Both the position numbers and the translations under genes were made by a program. Source: an uncultured Bacteroidales bacterium (lineage in GTDB: Bacteria > Bacteroidota > Bacteroidia > Bacteroidales > CAIXZF01). Taken from it: DNA of 64,000 nt. Of this stretch, positions 1 to 7,925 are shown piece after piece. The stretch spans positions 37,972 to 101,971 of the forward strand of contig CAZSDK010000011.1 of NCBI GenBank assembly GCA_964605655.1, written 5' to 3'. The notes beneath the pieces are model-generated. The model saw nothing but the letters and a program-made list of their open reading frames with translations. It was not told the DNA's origin and did not search any database. How positions within the stretch are numbered: position 1 is the first letter of the stretch; every line of letters starts with the position of its first letter.

Positions 1-715
1 CCCCTCCGATGAGTCCTCCGTCCACATCAGGCTGGGCAAAGAGCAGAGCTGCGTTGACTGCATTGCAGGACCCACCATATAAAATAGGTATTTCCTCTGC
101 CTGTGCTTCCCCATATTTCAATCTGATCTGATCCCGGATAAAGCGATGCATCTCCTGCGCTTGTTCAGGCGTAGCATTAACCCCGGTACCGATGGCCCAG
201 ACAGGCTCATAGGCGATGACGGTATCACGGAAGTCCTCTGGATCAAGAAAAAACAAGGATTCCTCCAGTTGTTTCCTGACCACCTCCTGGTGGTTCCCCT
301 TTTCGCGTTCAGGGAGCTTCTCCCCGCAACAAAAGATGGGGATGAGATCGTTACGTAAGGCTGCTTTTACCTTTCTGGCAAGAAAATCATGGTCTTCATT
401 AAAATACTGCCGGCGTTCAGAATGACCTACAATACAATAATTTACCTCAAGTGATGCCAGCATGGTCCCTGAGATCTCCCCCGTAAAAGCGCCCTGGTCC
501 TCCGGGTACAGATTCTGAGCCCCTACACCGAAGCGGCTTTCCTTGGCCAGGTCGGTAAAAAGCTCGAGATAAAGAAAGGGTGGGCATAGCACCATCTCCG
601 CATCCGACAAGGGATGGTTCATCAGCAGTTCATCAAGCTCATACAGGAGGTCTTCGGCTTCCTGGAAATTCTTGTTCATTTTCCAGTTACCTGCAACAAT
701 TCTTCTTCTCATCAT
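1..715 (-). CDS. tpiA: triosephosphate isomerase (C-terminal end runs off the window start)
   Basis: Absent from the ORF track because it is open to the window edge. Reverse translation from ATG at 715 gives MMRRRIVAGNWKMNKNFQ. The rc of ~190-222 reads VIAYEPVWAIG and the rc of the window edge reads VDGGLIGG, all canonical TIM motifs. Confidence 0.9.
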   Translation of the reverse strand, partial: MMRRRIVAGNWKMNKNFQEAEDLLYELDELLMNHPLSDAEMVLCPPFLYLELFTDLAKESRFGVGAQNLYPEDQGAFTGEISGTMLASLEVNYCIVGHSERRQYFNEDHDFLARKVKAALRNDLIPIFCCGEKLPEREKGNHQEVVRKQLEESLFFLDPEDFRDTVIAYEPVWAIGTGVNATPEQAQEMHRFIRDQIRLKYGEAQAEEIPILYGGSCNAVNAALLFAQPDVDGGLIGG

Positions 716-732
716 ATTCAAACATAATTTTT

Positions 733-1818
733 TTAGGTCAACCGTACCCTGGGATCGAGCCAGGCATAGATCAGGTCGGCCAGTATATTAATGATTATCA
801 ATAAAATAGAAACAAATAGCACCACGCCCATCACCACGGGAAAATCATATTTCTCCAGGGCATCCACGATAACGACTCCCAGGCCTTTCCAGTCAAAGAC
901 GTATTCGACAAAAACGGCTCCGGCCATCAGAGAGGCAAACCAGCCCGACATAGCAGTCACTACAGGGTTCATCATGTTACGGAAGGCGTGGCGTAAGATG
1001 ACCTGCCGTTGGTTGAGTCCTTTGGCCCGGGCCGTGCGGATATAGTCCTGGCTCATCACGTCGAGCATAGATCCGCGGGTAAGCTCGGTAATAATGGCCA
1101 GGGGTCTGATGCCCAGTGTAAAAGCAGGAAGGATGAGGTTTTTCAGGGTGAGGGACTCCCCTTCCCCGAAATCATCGATGGTAAAAAGGCTTCCCACCAT
1201 GTTTAAACCGGTATAATCAGCCAGCAGAAAGGCGAAAATCCATGCAATGAGTACCGCTGCGAAGAAAGAAGGCAGCGACATCCCCAGGACAGAAAGCGCC
1301 ATCATGAGACGGTCGAAAAAGCTGTTTTTCCGGATGGCTGATACGATGCCGATCAGGATACCAATAACGCCCGCGAAAACCATCGCCACCGTAGCCAGCA
1401 GGAAGGTCGCCGGAAAAGCTTCCGAGATGATCTCGCTCACTTTCCTCATGCTCTGGTAAGATTTCCTCAAATACGGAGCCTTCAGGACTATAACTTTAGA
1501 GGCAACTGCGGGTAACAATATAGTATATGGCTGATACTTATTGGTATCGAGGTACCAGTGACTTTCTGGATTTTTCCGGTCATGTATGGAGACAGGACTC
1601 AGGTCATTGAGAAAACCCAGGTATTGTAATCCAAGCGGCTGGTCCCTGCCAAGGTCCCTGTTGATCATCTCCACCGTGCTGATATCGGCCCTCTGGCCCA
1701 GCATCATCCTGGCCGGATCCCCCGGCAGCACATTAAAAAGCAAAAACACAACGGTAACTACTCCGATCATCACTAAAAAACCGTACAGGATACGTTGTGT
1801 GAGGAAACGGAGCATCAA
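733..1818 (-). CDS. ABC transporter permease, DppB/OppB-type
   Basis: 361-aa polytopic ORF. The N-terminus RILYGFLVMIGVVTVVFLLFNVLPGDPARMMLG is typical of peptide/nickel ABC permeases. No partner ATPase or binding protein lies in the window. Confidence 0.85.
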   Translation of the reverse strand: MMLRFLTQRILYGFLVMIGVVTVVFLLFNVLPGDPARMMLGQRADISTVEMINRDLGRDQPLGLQYLGFLNDLSPVSIHDRKNPESHWYLDTNKYQPYTILLPAVASKVIVLKAPYLRKSYQSMRKVSEIISEAFPATFLLATVAMVFAGVIGILIGIVSAIRKNSFFDRLMMALSVLGMSLPSFFAAVLIAWIFAFLLADYTGLNMVGSLFTIDDFGEGESLTLKNLILPAFTLGIRPLAIITELTRGSMLDVMSQDYIRTARAKGLNQRQVILRHAFRNMMNPVVTAMSGWFASLMAGAVFVEYVFDWKGLGVVIVDALEKYDFPVVMGVVLFVSILLIIINILADLIYAWLDPRVRLT

Positions 1819-1821
1819 GGT

Positions 1822-2931
1822 CTACTGTAAGGGATATGCCTGAATAAATGCTTCTGCACCGGGCAGGTTCCTGATATGCCACTTCTTGACCACGGCACCA
1901 TCTTTGAGAAGGACCAGGCCGGGATTCGACCTCACCATGGCCTTCAACTCGGTGTCATCCGACTGGTTCCAGGGAATATTCAAAGAATGGTTCCTGCTTA
2001 CCTTCTGGACATCCTCAGGAAGGCTGCCGGTCAGTCCTATGGCCGTATATCCTGCTTCATACACCTTGTCGTAAAACGCATTCAACTTCTCCAGATCACC
2101 GGAAGAGGGTGAGGTCAGGTCGACAGAAACCAGGAACAACAAATACCCATCCGATTGTAAATAGCTCTTTGTCAAATCATTACCTGTCGTATCAATGATG
2201 TGGAAATTGGGAACCGCATATTGGTTGGGATCCTCGATACGCTGCTGTACAAACTCGTGATTTGCCATCCAGACGGAATCATTATACGGGTAATCCGGGG
2301 TCAGGAACTCCTTCAATTCTCCCGTGGCAACATCTTTATAAGTGACGAAAATCTTCTGCGGGAGCAAGGTATCAGGGATCAACTTGGTGCCGGGTTTCCA
2401 TGCCGTAAAATCCTTCATGGGAAGGTTGCGGTAATTGTAAACCGAGAAGGCCATGAAAAGTAACGGTACAACAACGATAATGATAAGGTCCACCGGCCGC
2501 GTCAGCCATGGCCTGAATTTCTTTCGTTGAACAAAAATGAGAATGACCAGGATAATCAGTACTATATTCTTGTAGAAAGTCTCCCAGTTGGTCAGCTTGA
2601 TGGCATCTCCGAAACATCCGCAATCCGGAACCGGGTTGTACAGGGCGTCAAAAAAGGTCAGGATGGTGAAATAGGTCATCAGCAGCAAGGTCAGCCAGGA
2701 GACCAGCTTCGGCTTCAGGTTGAGCAGCAGGAATATTCCCAGAGAAAATTCAAAGGCACAGAGAAAGACGGACAAGCCAAGCGACAGGGAGACTGCCCAG
2801 TCCATGTGATAAGCGATAAAATAATCCTCTATCCTGTATGCGGTGCCCAGGGGATCGACACCTTTCACAAACCCTGAAAATACGAAAACCAGTCCTACAA
2901 TAATTCTGGCTAAATTCCTGATCCAATTCAT
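1822..2931 (-). CDS. DoxX/MauE-like membrane protein with soluble thioredoxin-fold-like C-terminal half
   Basis: 369 aa. The N-terminal ~150 aa form 4 TM helices (RIIVGLVFVFSGFVKGVDPLG, CGCFG motif), followed by a soluble C-terminal half. The tpiA/DUF1599/folP neighbourhood is the usual Bacteroidota context. Confidence 0.6.
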   Translation of the reverse strand: MNWIRNLARIIVGLVFVFSGFVKGVDPLGTAYRIEDYFIAYHMDWAVSLSLGLSVFLCAFEFSLGIFLLLNLKPKLVSWLTLLLMTYFTILTFFDALYNPVPDCGCFGDAIKLTNWETFYKNIVLIILVILIFVQRKKFRPWLTRPVDLIIIVVVPLLFMAFSVYNYRNLPMKDFTAWKPGTKLIPDTLLPQKIFVTYKDVATGELKEFLTPDYPYNDSVWMANHEFVQQRIEDPNQYAVPNFHIIDTTGNDLTKSYLQSDGYLLFLVSVDLTSPSSGDLEKLNAFYDKVYEAGYTAIGLTGSLPEDVQKVSRNHSLNIPWNQSDDTELKAMVRSNPGLVLLKDGAVVKKWHIRNLPGAEAFIQAYPLQ

Positions 2932-2975
2932 GTTATGAAGTTTTTCGATGATAAGGCCGGCAATGGTAATATCAG

Positions 2976-3608
2976 TTATGATTCAGACAGAGGGGATACC
3001 GGTGATTCCTCCATCAGTTTGATTAATGCAAATACCGAATAGTTAATGATGTCGAGATAATTGGCTTCCACACCCTCAGAGACAAATGTCTTACCCTGGT
3101 TGTCTTCTATCTGCTTAATTCTCAGCAATTTCATTAGAATGATATCATCCAGTGAACTCACCCTCATGTTCCGCCATGCTTCACCATAATCGTGATTTTT
3201 ATCCTGCATCAGTTGCATGGCCCTGTCAGCCTGTTCATCATACCATTGAGAGATCAGGCTGTCGGTAGGTGTGGTGGGATGGTCCCAACCTTGCTGAAGC
3301 TGGATCAGGGCAATGAGTGAATAATTGACAATCCCTGCAAATTCCGGGATAATGCCTTCATGGATCTTGCTCAGCCCCTTCTCTTGTATACTTCTGATTC
3401 TCTGGGCTTTGATGAATATCTGGTCCGTCAGGGAAGGAGGTCTCAACACCCTCCACGAAGGGCCATAATCTCCCATTTTTGATAAAAAGATAGATTTGCA
3501 GTACCGGATAACAGAGTGAAAGGAGGCGTTCGTTTGTTCCATAAGTTCAAAAAGGGTGAAATGGCATGTATCTTTGCTTGGGATTTCAGCCCGTTGATTC
3601 CGGGTCAC
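2976..3608 (-). CDS. DUF1599-like protein (internally duplicated)
   Basis: Two homologous halves are visible: DYGPSWRVLRPPSLTDQIFIKAQRIRSIQEKG and DYGEAWRNMRVSSLDDIILMKLLRIKQIEDNQG. The track start at 3608 is GTG, and ATG at 3542 (MEQTNASF) is an alternative start. Confidence 0.7.
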   Translation of the reverse strand: MTRNQRAEIPSKDTCHFTLFELMEQTNASFHSVIRYCKSIFLSKMGDYGPSWRVLRPPSLTDQIFIKAQRIRSIQEKGLSKIHEGIIPEFAGIVNYSLIALIQLQQGWDHPTTPTDSLISQWYDEQADRAMQLMQDKNHDYGEAWRNMRVSSLDDIILMKLLRIKQIEDNQGKTFVSEGVEANYLDIINYSVFALIKLMEESPVSPLSES

Positions 3609-3663
3609 CGGAATAAATACGTTATTATCAGTGGTTTATTATTAGAAACTCTTAGAAAAAATC

Positions 3664-4527
3664 ATGGCTAAAGATACATTATTTTCAAAAAGGGGAAGCC
3701 TGCGATTTGGTAATAAGCTGTTCATTCTTGATAAACCGAAGATAACGGGGGTGATCAACCTGAGCCCGGAATCGTTTTACCCTACGGGAATTCCGCAGGA
3801 TGAAAGGTTTGAGCAAGCCTTGATAGCCAAAGTAGAGCATATCCTGCCCTTTTGTGACTTGCTGGACCTGGGGGCTGTTTCAACGCGACCTTATGCGCCT
3901 CCCGTCACGGTTGAGGAAGAAATAAGCCGTTTTGCCAGGGCCATACCGGTCATCAGGAAGCATTTCCCGGAAGCCTTTCTTTCGGTGGATACATGGAGAC
4001 ACGAGCCTGCCATCGCAGGTATTGAAATGGGGGCCTGCATGGTGAATGATATCTCCGGCGGCAGCATGGACCCTGAACTCATCCCGGCAGTGGCCCGGAT
4101 GAAAGTGCCCTACGTTTTCTCTCATATCCAGGGGACCCCGGGAACCATGCAAATCAAACCTGTATACTCGGATGTGGTGCGGGAAGTAATCAATTATTTT
4201 GCGATGGGGATCAGGAGATTACTGGATGCCGGCTTGACCGACCTCATCATCGATCCGGGATTCGGGTTTGGAAAATCAGTGGATCACAACTATCAGCTGT
4301 TGAAACGTCTGGAGGAATTCAAGATATTTGACCAACCCTTGATGGTGGGCTTTTCGAGAAAATCGATGATCCAGAAGGTGTTGGAACTGCCACCTGATGA
4401 ATGTCTGAATGGCACCACCGTCCTCAACACCATTGCCCTGCTTAAGGGAGCAGATCTCCTTCGTGTACACGATCCGGAAGAAGCCAGGCAGGCGCTTATC
4501 CTGGTGGAAAAGATGTTATCCGTGTGA
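3664..4527 (+). CDS. folP: dihydropteroate synthase
   Basis: 287 aa with the pterin-binding domain pattern: GVINLSPESFY, DLGAVSTRP, VNDISGG, DPGFGFGK, LLRVHD. Confidence 0.9.
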   Translation: MAKDTLFSKRGSLRFGNKLFILDKPKITGVINLSPESFYPTGIPQDERFEQALIAKVEHILPFCDLLDLGAVSTRPYAPPVTVEEEISRFARAIPVIRKHFPEAFLSVDTWRHEPAIAGIEMGACMVNDISGGSMDPELIPAVARMKVPYVFSHIQGTPGTMQIKPVYSDVVREVINYFAMGIRRLLDAGLTDLIIDPGFGFGKSVDHNYQLLKRLEEFKIFDQPLMVGFSRKSMIQKVLELPPDECLNGTTVLNTIALLKGADLLRVHDPEEARQALILVEKMLSV

Positions 4528-4533
4528 TTTTCT

Positions 4534-4541
4534 TATCTTTG
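4534..4541 (+). promoter_or_regulatory. Bacteroidota -7 promoter box (TATCTTTG) upstream of cdaA
   Basis: Exact match to the TAnnTTTG consensus, 8-17 nt upstream of the candidate starts at 4549 (TTG) and 4558 (ATG). Confidence 0.5.
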
Positions 4542-4548
4542 CCATAAA

Positions 4549-5358
4549 TTGACCCACATGATCCCATTGTTTTTAGACAACCTGGTACATCTCAAGATGA
4601 TCGAAGTGATCGACATCCTCCTTGTATCGATTCTCCTGTACCAGTTCTACCGGCTGATCAAAGGGACCGGGGCACTGAACATCTTCCTGGGGATCATCGC
4701 CATTTATATTTTATGGAAGGTGGTCAAGACGCTCCACCTGGAGCTGCTGAGTGAGATCCTGGGTGCGTTTATCAGCGTTGGTTTCCTGGCCCTCATCGTG
4801 GTATTTCAGCCTGAGATCCGGCGCTTTTTATTCCTTCTGGGCACCCCAAATTTTATCACCAAAAAACCGAAACGTTTCTTTTTTTGGCGTATCCGTCTTG
4901 CCAACCCGGTGCAGCTCGATATACATACGGTCCTCGATGCCTGCCAGAACATGGCTGCCACGAAAACCGGAGCACTCATCGTCATCGCCAGAGTGAATGA
5001 GCTTAAACAGGTCAGGCTTTCAGGCGTGGAACTCGACGCTGCCCTCAACAGCACCTTGATGGAGAACATCTTTTTTAAGAACAGCCCGCTTCACGACGGG
5101 GCCATGATAATCCATGAGAACCGGATCAGGGCTGCCCGTTGTATCCTGCCGGTGAGCGAAAGGACAGACCTCCCGCCTGAAATGGGCATGCGTCACAGGT
5201 CCGCCATCGGCATCACCGAAGTGACCGATGCCGTCGCCATCGTGGTGTCAGAACAAAGCGGCCAGATATCCTGCTGCATCCACGGGGAGATTCGGCAGGA
5301 TATTGAGATTCAGGACCTGATCACCCTGCTGGAGACGGAGGTGCTGGTCAAGGATTAA
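4549..5358 (+). CDS. cdaA: diadenylate cyclase (c-di-AMP synthase), membrane-anchored
   Basis: N-terminal TM helices followed by a DAC domain: TKTGALIVI, LHDGAMII, GMRHRSAIGITEVTDAVAIVVSEQSG. The track start is TTG at 4549; the in-frame ATG at 4558 is equally plausible. Confidence 0.9.
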   Translation: MTHMIPLFLDNLVHLKMIEVIDILLVSILLYQFYRLIKGTGALNIFLGIIAIYILWKVVKTLHLELLSEILGAFISVGFLALIVVFQPEIRRFLFLLGTPNFITKKPKRFFFWRIRLANPVQLDIHTVLDACQNMAATKTGALIVIARVNELKQVRLSGVELDAALNSTLMENIFFKNSPLHDGAMIIHENRIRAARCILPVSERTDLPPEMGMRHRSAIGITEVTDAVAIVVSEQSGQISCCIHGEIRQDIEIQDLITLLETEVLVKD

Positions 5359-5366
5359 ATGGGTGC

Positions 5367-5897
5367 TTACTCTCCCGTGGCTTTTTCCTGGTTCTTTTTT
5401 TCAAACTCCCTGATCAGCTCTTCAGGTGATTTTCCAAGATTATCCAGCAAGGCCCTGGCATCGTCGGCAAAATGATGCGTCGGATATTTTCCCAGAAAAT
5501 CCTGGTAATACTTCCTGGCATTATTCAGGTCCTTGAGATAGTTCTCATAAATGAAACCCTTCAAAAACAATGCTTCAGGGGTTCTCCGGTATTCCGGGAA
5601 ATCTTGAATTAAACGGTCCAGGGTTGCAATGGACTGGGCCGGTGTGGTCGTATTCAGTTGTAACTCAGCAGTTTTAAAGAGATACGAAGCCGACAGCGTG
5701 TCTTTGGGGTGCTCGCCGATGTAATCCTGGTAAGCCAGGATCAGGGCACTGGCCTTGGTCTTATCGTAAGTCCCGCTTTTGGCATCTATGAGTTGGTCTT
5801 CCATCTGCCGGATGGCTTCCGCCTTTTTCTTACCCTGGCTGCAGGAGATAAGCAGACCGAAAAGAATAAATAACAGTGAATAAGATGTCTTTTTCAT
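5367..5897 (-). CDS. TPR-repeat lipoprotein
   Basis: Signal peptide with a lipobox-like LLISC. TPR-like helices (ALFLKGFIYENYLKDLNNARKYYQDFLGKYP). Confidence 0.6.
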   Translation of the reverse strand: MKKTSYSLLFILFGLLISCSQGKKKAEAIRQMEDQLIDAKSGTYDKTKASALILAYQDYIGEHPKDTLSASYLFKTAELQLNTTTPAQSIATLDRLIQDFPEYRRTPEALFLKGFIYENYLKDLNNARKYYQDFLGKYPTHHFADDARALLDNLGKSPEELIREFEKKNQEKATGE

Positions 5898-5930
5898 GGA
5901 GGAGATGGATAGGTGGATTTAAGTAAAGAA

Positions 5931-6512
5931 TTATCTGGATTTGACGGAGGATCTCTTTTGTCCGGGGAACAGCATCCGGTAAGCCACCTTCACCTGGCCC
6001 ATGGTAAGCTCTTTCAGTCTTCTTTTTAACAAGACCCTTCGGAGACTGCTCAGGTGGTCGACGATCAGGATGCCGTCAACGTGATCATATTCATGCTGGA
6101 TGATACGGGCACGAATGCCACTGTATTCTTCTTCATGAGTGTTAAATTCTTCGTCGGCATAACGGATCCGGATACTGGATTTTCTGGATATCTCCTCCCG
6201 GAAGGTGGGAAAGCTCAGGCAGCCTTCCTCCATGAGTTCATCCTCACCAAACCTCTCGGTGATCTGTGCATTGATGAACACCTTCTTAAATCCTGCTGCC
6301 TCAGGGTCATCTTCTTCGAAAGGCGAGGCATCGACCACAAAAAGCCGTATGGGTTGGTTGACCTGAGGTGCTGCCAACCCCACCCCGGATGCGGAGTACA
6401 TCGTCTCGAACATATTATCGATCAGCTGTTTGAGATCGGGAAAATCGGGGGTGATATCGGCTGCCTTCTCTTTGAGTACAGCATTGCCATAGGAAACCAC
6501 GGGGAGTATCAT
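5931..6512 (-). CDS. def: peptide deformylase
   Basis: Motifs GVGLAAPQ, EGCLSFP and QHEYDHVDG. Overlaps ruvX by 4 nt. Confidence 0.95.
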   Translation of the reverse strand: MILPVVSYGNAVLKEKAADITPDFPDLKQLIDNMFETMYSASGVGLAAPQVNQPIRLFVVDASPFEEDDPEAAGFKKVFINAQITERFGEDELMEEGCLSFPTFREEISRKSSIRIRYADEEFNTHEEEYSGIRARIIQHEYDHVDGILIVDHLSSLRRVLLKRRLKELTMGQVKVAYRMLFPGQKRSSVKSR

Positions 6513-6937
6513 GAGTGTTGATGATTTTTGATGAATTCCATATATGACTGAAGGATGATCACGGCAGCCACTTTATCAACAAGGGCTTTGTCTCGCCGGT
6601 CTTTCTTTTTCAAACCGGCCTCCAGCAGGGTCCTTGAGGCCATGAGGGAAGTAAAACGCTCGTCCATCCTGTCTACTCTGATCCCGGGAAAAGTCTTTTC
6701 CAGTGATCTGACAAAAGGTTCAATAAATACTGAAACCTCGGAGTCTTCTCCGCTCCAGCGAAGGGGCTTCCCTACCACAAAACACTCCACCTCCTGTTGA
6801 GCACAGTAATTCTTAAGATAGCTCATCAGCCGGCTGGTTTCAACCGTATCCAAAGGTCCCGCGATCAGGCGGTTTTCATCGGTGACCGCCAGGCCTGTCC
6901 TTTTCTTTCCGTAGTCGATGGCGAGATATCTTCCCAT
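6509..6937 (-). CDS. ruvX: Holliday junction resolvase-like nuclease RuvX/YqgF
   Basis: Starting at ATG 6937 gives MGRYLAIDYGKKRTGLAVTD. The ORF-track extension to 6988 adds a non-conserved leader. Confidence 0.9.
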   Translation of the reverse strand: MGRYLAIDYGKKRTGLAVTDENRLIAGPLDTVETSRLMSYLKNYCAQQEVECFVVGKPLRWSGEDSEVSVFIEPFVRSLEKTFPGIRVDRMDERFTSLMASRTLLEAGLKKKDRRDKALVDKVAAVIILQSYMEFIKNHQHS

Positions 6938-7004
6938 AAGATCATGAAGAACAACAAAAGTACAACAAAGTTCAAAAGAAGCCTGCAACTCAGGCTGAAA
7001 AGCC

Positions 7005-7012
7005 TACATTTG
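7005..7012 (+). promoter_or_regulatory. -7 promoter box (TACATTTG) upstream of dapD
   Basis: Match to TAnnTTTG, 78 nt upstream of ATG 7090. Confidence 0.4.
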
Positions 7013-7089
7013 TGCGCTTTCTGCAGGAAAGTGGGAGTTTTTTTGTACCTTCGTATCCTGTCACACTCAGCAATACAAGGATCCACTAT

Positions 7090-7908
7090 ATGTCTGATCA
7101 ACTGGAGTTATTGATTAATAATGCCTGGGATGACCTGAACACCCTGCAGGAACCCTACATGATACAAGCCGTTGAAGAAGTCATCGACGGCCTCGACCGC
7201 GGGATCTTCAGGGTGGCGGAACCAGGAAAAGAAGGATGGACCGTGAACCACTGGATCAAAAAGGCAGTGATTTTGTATTTCCGCTTAAAGAATATGAAGA
7301 CCACGGAAGCGGGTCCGTTCGAATACCATGATAAGATCCCACTGAAACGGGACTATGAGTCACTGAATATCAGGGTGGTGCCCCCGGCCACTGCCCGGTA
7401 TGGGTCCTATCTGGCGCCTGGCGTCATCCTGATGCCCTCCTATATCAATATCGGAGCTTATGTGGACAGCGGGACCATGGTCGACACCTGGGCCACCGTG
7501 GGTTCCTGTGCCCAGGTCGGAAAGCAGGTCCACCTCAGCGGCGGCGTAGGGCTCGGAGGCGTCCTGGAACCGGTGCAGGCCGTCCCGGTCATTATCGAAG
7601 ACGGTTGTTTCATCGGATCACGCTGTATCGTTGTGGAAGGGGCCCGTGTGGGCAAGGAAGCGGTACTCGGTGCCAATGTGGTCATTACCGGCTCCACCCG
7701 GATCATTGACGTCAGCGGACCCTCTCCGGAAGAATACAGAGGCTGGGTTCCTCCCCGTTCAGTGGTCATACCGGGAAGCATCCCGAAGGATTTCCCATCC
7801 GGTACCTACCATCTGCCCTGTGCCCTCATCATCGGTCAAAGAAAAGAATCCACCGACCTGAAGACCTCCCTAAATGAGGCCCTCCGCGACTTTGATGTAC
7901 TGACTTGA
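7090..7908 (+). CDS. dapD: 2,3,4,5-tetrahydropyridine-2,6-dicarboxylate N-succinyltransferase
   Basis: Left-handed beta-helix hexapeptide repeats (GAYVDSGTMVDTWATVGSCAQVGKQVHLSGGVGLGGVLEP) and a dapD-like N-terminal domain. Start taken at ATG 7090 (MSDQLELL); the track start at 7012 is upstream. Confidence 0.9.
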   Translation: MSDQLELLINNAWDDLNTLQEPYMIQAVEEVIDGLDRGIFRVAEPGKEGWTVNHWIKKAVILYFRLKNMKTTEAGPFEYHDKIPLKRDYESLNIRVVPPATARYGSYLAPGVILMPSYINIGAYVDSGTMVDTWATVGSCAQVGKQVHLSGGVGLGGVLEPVQAVPVIIEDGCFIGSRCIVVEGARVGKEAVLGANVVITGSTRIIDVSGPSPEEYRGWVPPRSVVIPGSIPKDFPSGTYHLPCALIIGQRKESTDLKTSLNEALRDFDVLT

Positions 7909-7925
7909 TATCCAATTAAATAATT

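Noticed and set aside
6938-7089. N-terminal extensions of ruvX (to 6988) and dapD (from 7012) that would make the two divergent genes overlap.
   Set aside because: Conserved N-termini begin at ATG 6937 and ATG 7090. A TAnnTTTG box at 7005-7012 lies inside the supposed dapD extension.
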